Positions 44,678 to 55,118 of a stretch of DNA of 64,000 nucleotides are shown piece by piece. The notes under the pieces are model-generated. The model had not been told where the DNA came from and did no database searches. It worked only from the letters and a program-made list of their open reading frames with translations. The position numbers and the translations under genes are program-made. This DNA is from Kofleriaceae bacterium (GTDB lineage Bacteria; Myxococcota_A; Polyangia; Haliangiales; Haliangiaceae). Where the stretch lies: positions 64,001 to 128,000 of the forward strand of contig JABTUH010000016.1 of assembly GCA_015075455.1 (NCBI GenBank), read 5' to 3'. Each line of letters begins with the position of its first letter. Position 1 is the stretch's first letter.

Positions 44678-46303
44678 TCAAGCGAGGAGCGCGCGCGCGA
44701 TCACCTTCAGCACCAGGATCGGCTTCACGCCCTCGAAGATGGGCAGCACCAGCGCGTCCACGACGTAGCGGCTGATCGGGTACTCCTCGGCGTAGCCCCA
44801 GCCGCCGTGGAGGAGCTGGCCGGTCTGGGTGACCTCGACCGCCACGTCGCAGGCGAACAGCTTGGCCTGGGCGGCCAGCGGCGCGGCCGCGCGCTCGTCG
44901 CCGTCCATCGCCACCGCCGCCTCGTAGGTGATGGCGCGAGCGGCGGCCAGACGGCAGGCCATCCGGCCCAGGTGGTGCTGGGTCAGGCCGAACTCGATGA
45001 TCGGCTTGCCGAACTGGCCGCGGCTCGCCACGTACTCCGCGGTGCGCTCGAGCGCGGCCTGGGCCACGCCGCAGGCGCGACCGCCGGTCTGCAGGCGCCC
45101 GGCGGCGAAGCCGGCCATCTGCAGGTAGAAGCCCTTGCCCAGGCCGCCGGCCTCGCCGACCAGGTTGGCGGCGGGCACGAACCAGTCCTCGAAGGCGAGC
45201 GTGAACGAGTGCATGCCGCGGTAGCCGGGGGTGCGATCGGCCTTGCCGCTCAGGCGGCCGCCGCCGGGCTGGGTCGCCGCGAAGTCGTGGCCGTCGAAGC
45301 GCGGCTTCTCGACGATGAACAAGGACAGCCCGCGCGCGCCCTTCGTCGGATCGGCGTCGGTGCGGGCGAGCACCGCGATGACGTCGGCCCGCCCGGCGAA
45401 GGTGCACCAGGCCTTGGCGCCGTCGAGGACGTAGCCGTCCTGGCCGTCGCGGGTCGCCGGCTGGGCCCGGCAGGCCACCGCCGCCACGTCGCTGCCGACG
45501 TTGGGCTCGGTGACCGAGATCGCGACCATCAGCTCGCCGCCGCCGATGCGCGGCAGCCACGTCCGCTTCTGGGCCTCGGTGCCGCCGGCGAGCAGCGCCT
45601 TGGCCAGGATCTCGGGGCGAGTGATGAGCGAGCCGGCGCTGGCCAGGGACGCCCGCGATAGCTCCTCGGTGGTGAGGATCATGGCCAGGTTGCCCAGCTC
45701 GTGGCCGCCGTAGGCCTCGGGGATCGACAGGCCGAAGTAGCCGAGCTCGGCCATGGCCGCGATGAAGCGGTCGGGCACCAGCTCGTCGTGGCGGTGGATG
45801 TGCTCGGCGTGGGGCGCGACCTCCTTGTCGGCGAACGCGCGCACCGAGCTCCGGACCTCGGCCAGGGTGGGCTCGAGCGGCCACGGGTTCCGACCGCGGG
45901 CGGCGGCCACCTCGCGGCCGATGGCGCGGATCACCGCCTCGTTGCCCAGCCGGTGGAGCGCGGCGCGGGTGGCGGTGTCGTAGGCGGCGTCGATCCCGAG
46001 CTCGACCGCGATCGGATCGAGGCGGTCGCGCGCGCCGCGCGCGAGCTCGGCGACCGCGGCCAGCGCCGGATCGACGAAGGCCGGCGCGGCGCCCGGCGCG
46101 GCCGCGACCGCGGCGACCAGCGAGCGCGCCGCCCGCACCTCGGTGGCGGCGTAGGCGACCCGCTCGACGACGACCTGGTGGTCGTCGATGCGCTCGCCGC
46201 GAGCGGTGAGCTCGGTGGTGCGGGTCAGCGCGGCGGCGGTCAGCGCCTCGGCGGCGGCCAGGACCGCGCGCGCGTCGTCGAGCACAGGACGTGGATCGCT
46301 CAT
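44678..46303 (-). CDS. acyl-CoA dehydrogenase family protein (with an N-terminal extension)
   Basis: ATG at 46303 (alternative GTG at 46324). The ACAD middle and C-terminal domains read LMVAISVTEPNVGSD..., GQFGKPIIEFGLTQHHL and LLHGGWGYAEEYPISRY. Confidence 0.85.
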   Translation of the reverse strand: MSDPRPVLDDARAVLAAAEALTAAALTRTTELTARGERIDDHQVVVERVAYAATEVRAARSLVAAVAAAPGAAPAFVDPALAAVAELARGARDRLDPIAVELGIDAAYDTATRAALHRLGNEAVIRAIGREVAAARGRNPWPLEPTLAEVRSSVRAFADKEVAPHAEHIHRHDELVPDRFIAAMAELGYFGLSIPEAYGGHELGNLAMILTTEELSRASLASAGSLITRPEILAKALLAGGTEAQKRTWLPRIGGGELMVAISVTEPNVGSDVAAVACRAQPATRDGQDGYVLDGAKAWCTFAGRADVIAVLARTDADPTKGARGLSLFIVEKPRFDGHDFAATQPGGGRLSGKADRTPGYRGMHSFTLAFEDWFVPAANLVGEAGGLGKGFYLQMAGFAAGRLQTGGRACGVAQAALERTAEYVASRGQFGKPIIEFGLTQHHLGRMACRLAAARAITYEAAVAMDGDERAAAPLAAQAKLFACDVAVEVTQTGQLLHGGWGYAEEYPISRYVVDALVLPIFEGVKPILVLKVIARALLA

Positions 46304-46454
46304 GGGTGGTGGAGCGTACGTCACGCTCCCGCGACGGGGGATGGAATCTCGTGCGCTGAATCACGTACAACCAGGGTCGCGTCAACCGGCCGCACCCGTG
46401 ACGGCTCCATCATCGTGGGGGCGAGTGGCCGCGTCCCCCACCCCGAGGATCATC

Positions 46455-46808
46455 ATGCGCATGAACAAGCTTCTCTCGCTCCTGGTCGTCTCGCTCGTCG
46501 CCCTGCCGGTCGCGGCGTGGGCCGACGCTCCCCGTCACGTCATCAACGACAGCGGGGTCACCACCACCCTCGACTGCGGGGCCGGCGGCGACGTGGTCCT
46601 GAACGGCAGCGCCGCCGAGCTGACCATCACCGGCGCCTGCGCCAAGATCGTCGTCAACGGCAGCCGCAACACGGTGGCCCTCGACGCCGTCGACAAGGTC
46701 CAGCTCAACGGCAGCGCCAACACCGTGACGTGGAAGAAGGGCTGGAAGAAGAAGGCGCCCAAGGTGGTCAAGCTCGGCACCGGCAACAAGACCGGCAAGG
46801 TGAAGTGA
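46455..46808 (+). CDS. small secreted DUF3060-like protein
   Basis: ATG at 46455 is preceded by GAGGA 6 nt upstream. Signal MRMNKLLSLLVVSLVALPVAAWA. Repeated GS.NTV motifs (VLNGSAAELTITG, VVNGSRNTVAL, QLNGSANTVTW) are present. Confidence 0.65.
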   Translation: MRMNKLLSLLVVSLVALPVAAWADAPRHVINDSGVTTTLDCGAGGDVVLNGSAAELTITGACAKIVVNGSRNTVALDAVDKVQLNGSANTVTWKKGWKKKAPKVVKLGTGNKTGKVK

Positions 46809-46841
46809 CCGCCGCCGGCGCCGCCGGCGTCCTCGCCGTGG

Positions 46842-48536
46842 TCAGGGCCCGGGCGGTCGCGGACAGCCGCGGACGCCGACCACGCCGCGCCGGGTGGTCG
46901 GCATCGGCGCGTTGAAGTTGCCGCCGACGACCCAGGCCCGGCCGGCGGGGTCGAGCCACGCGCCGTGGAGATCGACGCCGGTGGGCGCGGCGGCGCGCTC
47001 GTCGCGCCACGCCCCGGTCGCGCGATCCCAGCGCAGCTTGAGGCCGGCGTTGCCGACGACGAGGACGCCGGGGTCGCCGCAGGTCACGCCGCTGGCGACG
47101 CTGCCCAGCGCCGGCTCGGCGCGGCGGGCCCAGCGCGCGCCGTCCCAGGCGTACAGGCCCTGCCCGGCCACGGCGTAGACCTCGTCGCGGGCGCAGCCGT
47201 GGACGGTGAGCGCCGGCGCCGGCGTCGCCAGCTCGGCCGAGTGATCGACGAAGGCGGCGCCGTCCCAGCGCAGCATCGTCCCGCCCTCGCCCGAGATCCA
47301 GACGTCGTCGGCGCCGCTGCCCCAGACCTTGAACAGGGTCGCGCCGCGGGCCGGGACGCCGGGCGGCGCGGCGAAGGCGGCGCCGTCCCAGCGCAGCACC
47401 AGGTCGTCCTCGGCGTCGGCGCCGCCGCCGGGTACGCCGCCGACCAGCCACACGTCGTCGCCGGCGCTGCCCCACACGCCGTAGAGGGTGGCGGCGGTGG
47501 CCACCCGATCGACCGCGACCGCCTCGCCGCGGAGGCGCACCACCAGGCCGCGCTCCCCCACCATCCAGGTCGTGCCGTCGGGCGCGCTCCACACCCACCA
47601 CAGACTGTCGTCGCCGGCGGCGGCGAGCGACGGGCGGGTCCAGCGCGCGCCGTCCCAGCGCGCGGCCAGCGGTCCACCCAGGCCGAGGCCGCCGCCCACC
47701 ACCCACACGTCGTCGGCGGTGGTGCCCTGCACCGCCAGCACCGCCGCGTCGAGCTCGGCCACGGTCGCCCACCCGGCGCAGTCGTCGTCGCCGGGGCAGC
47801 CGGCGCTGCCCAGGCCGAGCCCGAGCGCCGGCCAGCGCGCGCGGGCGGCCGTGGCCGACGCGCGCGATCGTGTCCGGTCGCGGACCCGCGGCGCGGACCT
47901 CACGCCCGGCCCCGGCGCCGACGGCGTCGCCCGGCGAGGGTCGGTCAGGCACGCGCCGCCGAGCTCGTAGTCGCTGTCGCACTCGCACTCGCACTCGTCG
48001 AGCTGCTCGGCCAGGCCGCAGCGCGGACGCACCGTCAGGCTGGTCTCGGCCATCCGCCCACCCGGCTCCTCGAGGCGCAGCTCGAGGCGCCAGCTCGCGC
48101 CGTCGACGTCGCGGGCGGCGGCGGCGTTGGGGCACGCCGGCACGTTGGCCAGGTCGTCGAAGGGCGAGGCGACGTGGCCCCAGCCGTCGCTGCCGGCGAC
48201 CAGCCGCGCCGGTCGCTGCTCGAGCGCGATCACCTGCATCGTCGCCGGATCGCGGAGCGCGGCGGTGAGCTGCAGGGCGCAGCCGTCGACGTTGCGGGCG
48301 CGCACGCCGACGAAGATCACCTTGCCGCCCTGGAGCGGCCGCACCAGGTCGACCGCGCCGCCGTCGACCAGCTCGACCACGGCGCCGCCGTCGGCCGGCC
48401 AGTGCACCGCCACCACCTCGATCGGCAGCGCGCGGTCGCCGATGGGGCAGCTCGTCGGGGCGTCGTCGCCGCAGGCCACGGCCGCCGCCCCGGCCGCGAG
48501 GAGCGCGGCGCCGCGCCCCGGTCGGCTCAGAAGCAA
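46842..48536 (-). CDS. lipoprotein with a C-terminal beta-propeller-like domain (repeated DDVWxVG / LRWDGAxW blades)
   Basis: A TTG start at 48536 gives MLLSRPGRGAALLAAGAAAVAC|G (lipobox). It lies immediately after the stop of the upstream paralog gene. There are at least 6 blades with W..G..DDVW.VGG...RWDGAAF. Confidence 0.55.
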   Translation of the reverse strand: MLLSRPGRGAALLAAGAAAVACGDDAPTSCPIGDRALPIEVVAVHWPADGGAVVELVDGGAVDLVRPLQGGKVIFVGVRARNVDGCALQLTAALRDPATMQVIALEQRPARLVAGSDGWGHVASPFDDLANVPACPNAAAARDVDGASWRLELRLEEPGGRMAETSLTVRPRCGLAEQLDECECECDSDYELGGACLTDPRRATPSAPGPGVRSAPRVRDRTRSRASATAARARWPALGLGLGSAGCPGDDDCAGWATVAELDAAVLAVQGTTADDVWVVGGGLGLGGPLAARWDGARWTRPSLAAAGDDSLWWVWSAPDGTTWMVGERGLVVRLRGEAVAVDRVATAATLYGVWGSAGDDVWLVGGVPGGGADAEDDLVLRWDGAAFAAPPGVPARGATLFKVWGSGADDVWISGEGGTMLRWDGAAFVDHSAELATPAPALTVHGCARDEVYAVAGQGLYAWDGARWARRAEPALGSVASGVTCGDPGVLVVGNAGLKLRWDRATGAWRDERAAAPTGVDLHGAWLDPAGRAWVVGGNFNAPMPTTRRGVVGVRGCPRPPGP

Positions 48537-49579
48537 GCGATGTCCTCGGTCCGCGGGTAGTAGTACAGGAAGACGTTGCAGTGCTCGCTGGTCTCGACGA
48601 TGGGACCGAACGTGTAGCAGCAGTCGTTGGCCTGCAGCGGATCCCGGGCGTCGACCTCGGCGCAGCCGAGCTCGGGCTCGCGCCACCGATACTCGCACGT
48701 CCACCAGATCCCGCCGCCGCGCGGCAGGAGCAGCTCGAGGCCGTTCGCCATCTCGGGCTCGGCCCAGTCGTCGCTGACGTAGAAGCGGTCGGCGTCGGGC
48801 GGCCGCGTCGTCGACTGGCCGTCCCAGGCGTAGACGCTGAAGCGGCGGCCGCGCGAGTGGAAGTGACCGTTGACCGCGGCCACCCAGTGGTTGCCGTCGG
48901 GCATCGAGCAGGTCCCGGAGAAGGTCGGCGGCGGCGTCGACCGGCAGATGCGGATGTTCTGCTGGGTCGCGAACAGCGTCCCCATCTCGATCGTGTCGTC
49001 GCGGCTGCGGTGGAGGTTGACGCCGGCGCGGCCGCGGAACGGCGTCTCCTGGGTGCTGGCGTTGACGTAGTGGACCTGCAGCATGAGGCGCTCGCCGGCG
49101 GTGAAGCGGGTGGCGACGTCGTCGGGCAGGCGCCACTCGTAGACCGGGCTCTCCACCGACGACTGCTGGGAGTTGGCGACCAGCGGCCAGGTCGCCCAGT
49201 TGGCCGAGTTCCAGCACGGGCCGCCGCGGATGACGGTGCCGGCGACGCCGCCCAGATCCACCGGCTCGCCGGCGGCGGGATCGAGGCCGACCACGGTGCC
49301 GACCCGGAACAGGTTGAGGTGGTGGCTGCCCGGGTTGAGCGCGAGCGCGAAGCGATCGACCCACAGCGTGTCCGCGGCCTGGGGCGGGACCTCGAAGAAG
49401 TAGCAGTCCTGGAGCTCGGCGCCGGCCGCCACCTCGAACTCGGGCGTGCGCACCCACACCCCCTCGTCGGCGGTGAGCGGTTCGAGGTACCAGGGCTCGA
49501 AGCCGGAGAGGTTGTCGCCGCAGGCGGCGACGAGGCCGGCCGCGGCAACCGCAGCCGCGAGGACGGAGGCGCGCACCAT
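48527..49579 (-). CDS. lipoprotein of the copper-monooxygenase-like (PHM/DBH-like) family; paralog of 11140..12333
   Basis: Signal MVRASVLAAAVAAAGLVAAC|G. Motifs HHLNLF, HYVNAS, HFHSRG and YYYPR are present, with Cys pairs. Confidence 0.65.
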   Translation of the reverse strand: MVRASVLAAAVAAAGLVAACGDNLSGFEPWYLEPLTADEGVWVRTPEFEVAAGAELQDCYFFEVPPQAADTLWVDRFALALNPGSHHLNLFRVGTVVGLDPAAGEPVDLGGVAGTVIRGGPCWNSANWATWPLVANSQQSSVESPVYEWRLPDDVATRFTAGERLMLQVHYVNASTQETPFRGRAGVNLHRSRDDTIEMGTLFATQQNIRICRSTPPPTFSGTCSMPDGNHWVAAVNGHFHSRGRRFSVYAWDGQSTTRPPDADRFYVSDDWAEPEMANGLELLLPRGGGIWWTCEYRWREPELGCAEVDARDPLQANDCCYTFGPIVETSEHCNVFLYYYPRTEDIACF

Positions 49580-49655
49580 GATGGCCGAGCGTACCAGGGA
49601 CCGACCCGCGCCCGCGACCGGGCCCCGCGCGCGACCGCGGGGGCGGTGGCGACGA

Positions 49656-50501
49656 TCACAGGCAGGCGACGAAGGCCCGCTCCACCGAGCCGGCGTAGCC
49701 GCCGCCGAAGAGGACGACGTGAACGAGCAGCGGGTAGAGCTGCCACAGCGGCACGCGCTCGTCCCAGCCCGGCTCGAGGGGGAAGGCCTCGTCGTAGGCG
49801 GCGAGGGTCCGCGGCTCGAGGCCGCCGAACAGCGCCAGCATCGCCAGGTCGACCTCGCGCGGGCCGCCGTAGACCGCCGGGTCGATCAGCGCCGGCGCGC
49901 CGCCGCTGACCAGCACGTTGCCGCTCCACAGGTCGCCGTGCAGCCGCGCCGGCGGCTCGGCCGGCGCCAGCGCGTCGGCGCGCGCGGCCAGCTCGTCCAC
50001 CGCGCGCCGCCAGCGGGCGGGCCCACGGCCCAGCGCGATCGCGCGCTCGACCATCGGCGCCAGCCGGCGCTGGAACCACAGCTCGTCCCAGGTCGCGGCC
50101 GGCGCGTTGTCCTGGGGCAGGGTGGCGATGAAGCTCGGCGCGTCGAGGCCGAAGCGCGGCGCGCCGGCGCGATGGAGCGCGGCCAGGCCGCGACCGAGGG
50201 CGGCCGCGGTGTCGGCGCCGGCCGGCCCCGGCGCGAGCCACTCGAGGACCAGCGCGTGCGCGTCGTGGCCGAGCACGGCGGGCACCCGCAGCGCGCCGGC
50301 CGCCGCCAGCCAGGCCAGGCCGTGGGCCTCGGCGGCGAACAGGCCCGCGGGCGGCGCCGGGTCGTGCTTCACGAAGACGGTGCGGCCGTCGGTGAGCTCG
50401 GCGCGGAACGCCTGGTTGATGTCGCCGCCGTGGACCCGCTCGAGCCGCCGCGCCGCGGTGCCGGTGATCGCGACCAGCGACGCCTCGACGGCGGCGCTCA
50501 C
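49656..50501 (-). CDS. fructosamine/ketosamine kinase family protein
   Basis: The GTG start overlaps the upstream stop (GTGA). Motifs: GGDINQA, VFVKHDP, HGDLWSGN, DPAVYGGPREVDLAM. Confidence 0.8.
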   Translation of the reverse strand: MSAAVEASLVAITGTAARRLERVHGGDINQAFRAELTDGRTVFVKHDPAPPAGLFAAEAHGLAWLAAAGALRVPAVLGHDAHALVLEWLAPGPAGADTAAALGRGLAALHRAGAPRFGLDAPSFIATLPQDNAPAATWDELWFQRRLAPMVERAIALGRGPARWRRAVDELAARADALAPAEPPARLHGDLWSGNVLVSGGAPALIDPAVYGGPREVDLAMLALFGGLEPRTLAAYDEAFPLEPGWDERVPLWQLYPLLVHVVLFGGGYAGSVERAFVACL

Positions 50502-50989
50502 GACCCGGATCCGGCGCCGGCCAGCCGCGGGTGCAGCGCGGCGACCAGCCCGGCGCACGCGGCCTCGCAGATGTCGAGGACGCGCTCGAAGCCGTCGTCG
50601 CCGCCGTAGTACGGGTCGGGCACCTCGGCGCCGTCGGGCGCGTCGGGGTCGTAGCTGCGGAGCAGCCGGACCCGGGCGCGGGCCGCGGCGTCGGGCGCCA
50701 GCCCCAGCACCGCGCGCTGGTTGGCGGCGTCCATGGTCAGGATGAGGTCGAAGCGCTCGAAGTCCACGCGCTGGAACTGGCGAGCGCGGTGCGCGAGCTC
50801 GATCCCGCGCGCCCGCGCCGCCGCCCGGGTCCGCGGGTCCGGCAGCTCGCCGACGTGCCAGCCGCCGGTGCCGGCGCTGTCGACGGTCACCCGCCCGGCG
50901 AGCCCGGCGCGCTCCAGGGTGAGGCGCATCACCCCCTCGGCGGTGGGCGAGCGACAGATGTTGCCCAGGCAGACGAAGCAGATCCTCAC
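50498..50989 (-). CDS. low-molecular-weight protein-tyrosine phosphatase
   Basis: N-terminal P-loop [20 protein letters not shown] (CX5R), plus the DPYY motif (EVPDPYYGG). Confidence 0.85.
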   Translation of the reverse strand: MRICFVCLGNICRSPTAEGVMRLTLERAGLAGRVTVDSAGTGGWHVGELPDPRTRAAARARGIELAHRARQFQRVDFERFDLILTMDAANQRAVLGLAPDAAARARVRLLRSYDPDAPDGAEVPDPYYGGDDGFERVLDICEAACAGLVAALHPRLAGAGSGS

Positions 50990-51006
50990 GTCGCTGCCGG
51001 TGTACC

Positions 51007-52377
51007 ATGGCGGCGATGCGCCGAGCCGCCCTCTCCCTGCTCGTGCTCTGGCTCGGCGCCTGCGCCTTCGAGCCGCGCGGCGGCGATCCCGACGCCACCG
51101 CCACCGACGCCGCCACCGACGCGCCGGACGACGACGGCGACGCCGCCGTCCCCGACGCCGCCACCGACGCCGCCGTCCCCGACGCCGCCGTCCCCGACGC
51201 CGCCGTCCCCGACGCCGCCGTCCCCGACGCCGCCACCGACGCCGCCGTCCCCGACGCCGCCACCGACGCCGCCGTCGACGCCAGTCCCGACGCGCCGCCG
51301 CTGGTCGACATCGCCTACCTGCCGCCGGCGGCCGAGGTGCCCGGCACCGGCGACGTGACCATCAGCGGGCTGATCACGATCGACACCTCGCCCACCGGCT
51401 CGCGCCCGAACCTCGGCGCCGGCACGTCGTACTCGGTGGCGACCCCGACCGGGGGCGGCGCCGACATCGTCGTCCTCCACGTCGACGACCTGACCATCAC
51501 CGCCGCCGGCACGCTGCGCGTGGTCGGCGCCCGACCGTTCGCGATCGTCGCCGGTGGCGCGGTCGTGATCAGCGGCAGGCTCGACGCCAGCGCCACCGGC
51601 ACCACCGTCGCTGGCCCCGGCGGCGGCGGCCCCAGCGCCGGCACCGGCGAGGGCGGCGACGGCAGCCACGCCGGCACGCGCACCGACAGCGGCGGCGGCG
51701 GCGCTGGCCACGGGACGAGCGGCGCGCGCGGCGGCAACGCCACCTGCAACCTCGGCTGCCTCCCGAACGTCGTGACCGCCGGCGGCGCCGGCGGCGTCGC
51801 GTACAACGCCGGGCTCACCCAGCTCGTCGGCGGCTCGGGCGGCGGCAACGCGGCGGCGGCCAGCGGCACCTGCCCCGGCCAGCCCGGCGGCGCCGGCGGC
51901 GGCGCCGTGCTGATCTACGCCGCGGGCTCGATCACCGTCGCCGGCGTCATCGCCGCGCACGGCGGCGGCGGCGGCCGCGGCGTCGCCTGCTCGGGCACGG
52001 TGTCGACCGCCGGGGCCGGCGGCGGCTCGGGCGGTCAGCTCGACCTGCAGTCGCCGTCGATCACGGTCAGCGGTCAGATCGGCGCCAACGGCGGCGGCGG
52101 CGGCGGTGGCTCCGACGGCAGCGACGGCGACGGCCAGCCCGGCCAGGACGGGCGCGACGACGGCAACCAGGCCAGCGGCGGCGCCGGCAGCGGCAACGTG
52201 GGCGGCGACGGCGGCGCGGGCGGTGCCGGCGCCTCCGGTCCCGGCCAGGGCGAGGACATGGGCAACGATCAGAACGGCGGGGGCGGCGGCGGCGCGGTCG
52301 GACGGGTCACGATCCGCCACCGCGGCGCCCAGCCCACCGTCGCCTCGAGTCCGCCTCCCACCTACATCCCCTACTGA
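51007..52377 (+). CDS. Gly-rich lipoprotein (paralog 1, intact) with DAAVPD/DAATDA hexapeptide repeats and a Gly-rich beta-helix-like C-terminal region
   Basis: ATG at 51007. Lipobox LWLGAC|AFEPRG. An 18-bp in-frame tandem repeat runs 51145-51285. The C-terminus is GRVTIRHRG... Confidence 0.7.
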   Translation: MAAMRRAALSLLVLWLGACAFEPRGGDPDATATDAATDAPDDDGDAAVPDAATDAAVPDAAVPDAAVPDAAVPDAATDAAVPDAATDAAVDASPDAPPLVDIAYLPPAAEVPGTGDVTISGLITIDTSPTGSRPNLGAGTSYSVATPTGGGADIVVLHVDDLTITAAGTLRVVGARPFAIVAGGAVVISGRLDASATGTTVAGPGGGGPSAGTGEGGDGSHAGTRTDSGGGGAGHGTSGARGGNATCNLGCLPNVVTAGGAGGVAYNAGLTQLVGGSGGGNAAAASGTCPGQPGGAGGGAVLIYAAGSITVAGVIAAHGGGGGRGVACSGTVSTAGAGGGSGGQLDLQSPSITVSGQIGANGGGGGGGSDGSDGDGQPGQDGRDDGNQASGGAGSGNVGGDGGAGGAGASGPGQGEDMGNDQNGGGGGGAVGRVTIRHRGAQPTVASSPPPTYIPY

Positions 52378-52428
52378 CCCGGCCGCGAACGCTCGCCACG
52401 AGCGCCTCCCGGGGCGATACTCGGCCCG

Positions 52429-53822
52429 ATGTGGCCGTACCGCGTCGCCCCGGCGATCCTGGCCCTGGCGCTCCTGGCGCCCGCCTGCGCCTTCGAGCCC
52501 CGCGGCGAGGAGCTCGCGGCCGACGCCGCCCTGGCCGACGGCGCGGTCGACGCGCGCCCCGACGACGGCGGAGGCGACGACGACGCGGCGGCCATCGACG
52601 CGAGCGTGATCGACGCCGGCCTCACCGACGCCCGCCCCGACGCCGCGATCGTCGACGCCGCGATCACCGACGCCCGCCCCGACGCCGCGATCGTCGACGC
52701 CGGGGTCACCGACGCCCGGCCGCCCGACGCCGGCGTCGACGCCGGCGCGGTCGACGACATCGTCCACGTCCGGGCGATCGACGAGCACCTCGGCACCGGC
52801 GACTGGACCCTGACCGCGAACGCGAGCGTGCGGACGTTCGGCACCGGCGCTGGCTTCGACGTCCCGCTACCGGCCGGGGTGACCTTCGAGAACGCGCCCC
52901 AGGATCCGAGCGAGCCGACGCTCGCGATCCTCCGCGTCCGCCACCTCACGATCGCCAGCGGGGTCACCCTGCGCGTGGTCGGCGCCGCGCCGTTCGTCGT
53001 CATCGCCGAGAGCGTGACGCTCTCCGGCGTCATCGACGCCGGCGCCCGCCTCGGCGTGGCCGGCGGCGGCGCCACGGCCGGGATCGGCGTCGGCGGCGAC
53101 GGCGCGCACCGCGGCCTCTACTCCGACGGCGGCGGCGGCGGCGGCAGCTTCGCCACCAGCGGCGGCCGCGGCGGTAACGCCTTCTGCGACACCGGCTGCA
53201 CCCCGAACACGACCGCGCCCGGCGGCGCCGGCGGCGCGCTCCACGGCGACGCCATGCTGACCACGCTCCAGGGCGGCTCGGCCGGCGGACGAGGAGCGGC
53301 CCCCGCCGGCTGCACGATGGGGCCCGTCGGCGCCGGCGGCGGCGCGGTCCAGCTCTACGCCCGCACGTCGATCGTCATCGGCGCGGGTGGCGGCGTCAAC
53401 GCCGGCGGGGGTGGCGGCGCCCGGGGCGAGCAGTGCCTCGGCAACTGGGGCGCGGCTGCACGGCGGCGGCGCCGGCGGCGCCATCTACCCGCAGTCGCCG
53501 AGCGTGGTCAGCGGCGCGGGCGTCCGCGCCGCCAACGGCGGCGGGGTCAGGCGGCAGCGCCGCGGCAGGATGCTGGCCGGCCGGCGCGCGCGACGGCGCG
53601 AGGCACGCGAGCGCCCGCGCCGGCGGCGCGCCGGGCAACGGCAACCTGAGCGCGCGCAGGCGGCGACGGCGCCTGCGGTCGGGATCGCCGCGCCGAACGG
53701 CGGCGTCGGCAACGCCGGCAACTGAAAGCGGCGGCGGCGGCGGCGCCGACGGCACTGCCGCATCGTCATCCGCCACCGCGGCACGGTCATCGCCGGCACC
53801 ACCAGCCCAGCCCCGCGGTGAC
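52429..53822 (+). pseudogene. Gly-rich lipoprotein paralog 2, with frameshifts in the Gly-rich region
   Basis: ATG at 52429. Lipobox LLAPAC|AFEPRG. It is collinear with paralog 1 up to ~53460 (GAVQLYARTSIVIGAGGG). The continuation (LHGGGAGGAIYPQSPSVVSG... and the terminal CRIVIRHRGTVIAGTTSPAPR*) lies in other frames. Confidence 0.5.
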
Positions 53823-53834
53823 GGCGGCCTGACT

Positions 53835-55070
53835 GATGCGGCGGCGGCGGCGTCCACGATCGCGGCGCCTGGCCGTCGCGCTGGCGCTCACGCTCACCGG
53901 GGTGCGCCGGCGAGCCGCGCGGCGCGCGCCGACGACGACGCCGCCGCGCCCGACGCGCCGGGGACGACGTCGACGCCGCGACCACCGACGCGCTCGAACC
54001 TGAGCGACGGCCGCGCCGCACCAGAGCGCCCGTCGCAGCGCGACGCCACCCACCTGGGCAGCGAGGATCTGGTCTTCGACGCCGCGCACGATCGACACCT
54101 CGGCGCGCCACGGTCACGGATCACGCTGCCGGTCGGGGTCGAGCTGGTCGCGGCGCCCAGAGCGAAGCGGCCCCCGGCTCGCCCACCGAGCGGCGAGTGC
54201 GCGGCCTGACCCTCGCCGAGGCGGCGGCTGCGTCTCGTCCGCGCGATCGGCTCGCGCCGCCCTGGTGATCCGCGAGAGACCGCGTCAGATCCGACGGCGT
54301 CCGAAGACGCCGCGCGCCGCCGCGATCAACCCGGCGCCGGTGGCTCGGACCGCGCGCGGGCATCGGCCGCGGCGGCGACGGCGTGCGCGACGGCAGCTAC
54401 GCCGACAGCGTGACCGGCGGCGGCGGCGGCTTGGTCAGCCAGCGGCGCCAAGGGTGGCGACGCCAGCGGCGCCGCCGGCGGCGAGGGCGGCCTGGCCTTC
54501 GGCGACCCCAACCTCGACCTCCTGCTCGGCGGCGCCGGGGGCGGCGGCGCGTCGTCGAGCGGCTGCGACGCCACCACCGCCGGCGCCGGCGGCGGCGCGC
54601 TCCAGATCTACGCCCGCACGTCGATCGAGATCACCACCACCGGCGCGATCAACGCCGGCGGCGGCGGCGGCGGCGGCGGCCGGAGCTGCTCGTTGCAGTA
54701 CCTGGCCGGGACCGGCGGCGGCTCCGGCGGCGCCATCTACCTGCAGTCGCCGGTCATCGCCAGCGCGGGCATCCTCGCCGCCACCGGCGGCGGCGGCGGC
54801 GGCGGCGCCAGCAACGACCACGGCGGCCCCGGCGGCGACGGCACCGCGACCACCGCCCGCGCCACCGGCGGCACCTCCGGCGGCGCCACCTACGGCGCGG
54901 TCGGCGGCCGGGGCGCCGCCCAGGTCGGCGACGCCACCGCCGGCGACAACGGGCCCAGCCTCGGCAACGGCGGCGGCGGCGGGGGCGGCGGCGGCCGCAT
55001 CGTCGTCAGCTACCGCGACACGCTCGAGGAGGGCACCGTCAGCCCGTCGGCCGTCAAGCGGCAGTTCTGA
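53835..55070 (+). pseudogene. Gly-rich lipoprotein paralog 3, heavily frameshifted; the last ~125 codons are intact in frame
   Basis: Signal-like RRLAVALALTLTG and ..CAGEPRGA.. appear in two frames near 53835-53920. The 54440-55070 frame gives [20 protein letters not shown]...[25 protein letters not shown]...[24 protein letters not shown], which is homologous to the paralog 1 C-terminus. Confidence 0.4.
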
Positions 55071-55118
55071 CCTGGCGTCCGGGGTCCGAGGCCCGACGGC
55101 CGACGGCCCTTCGACCGC

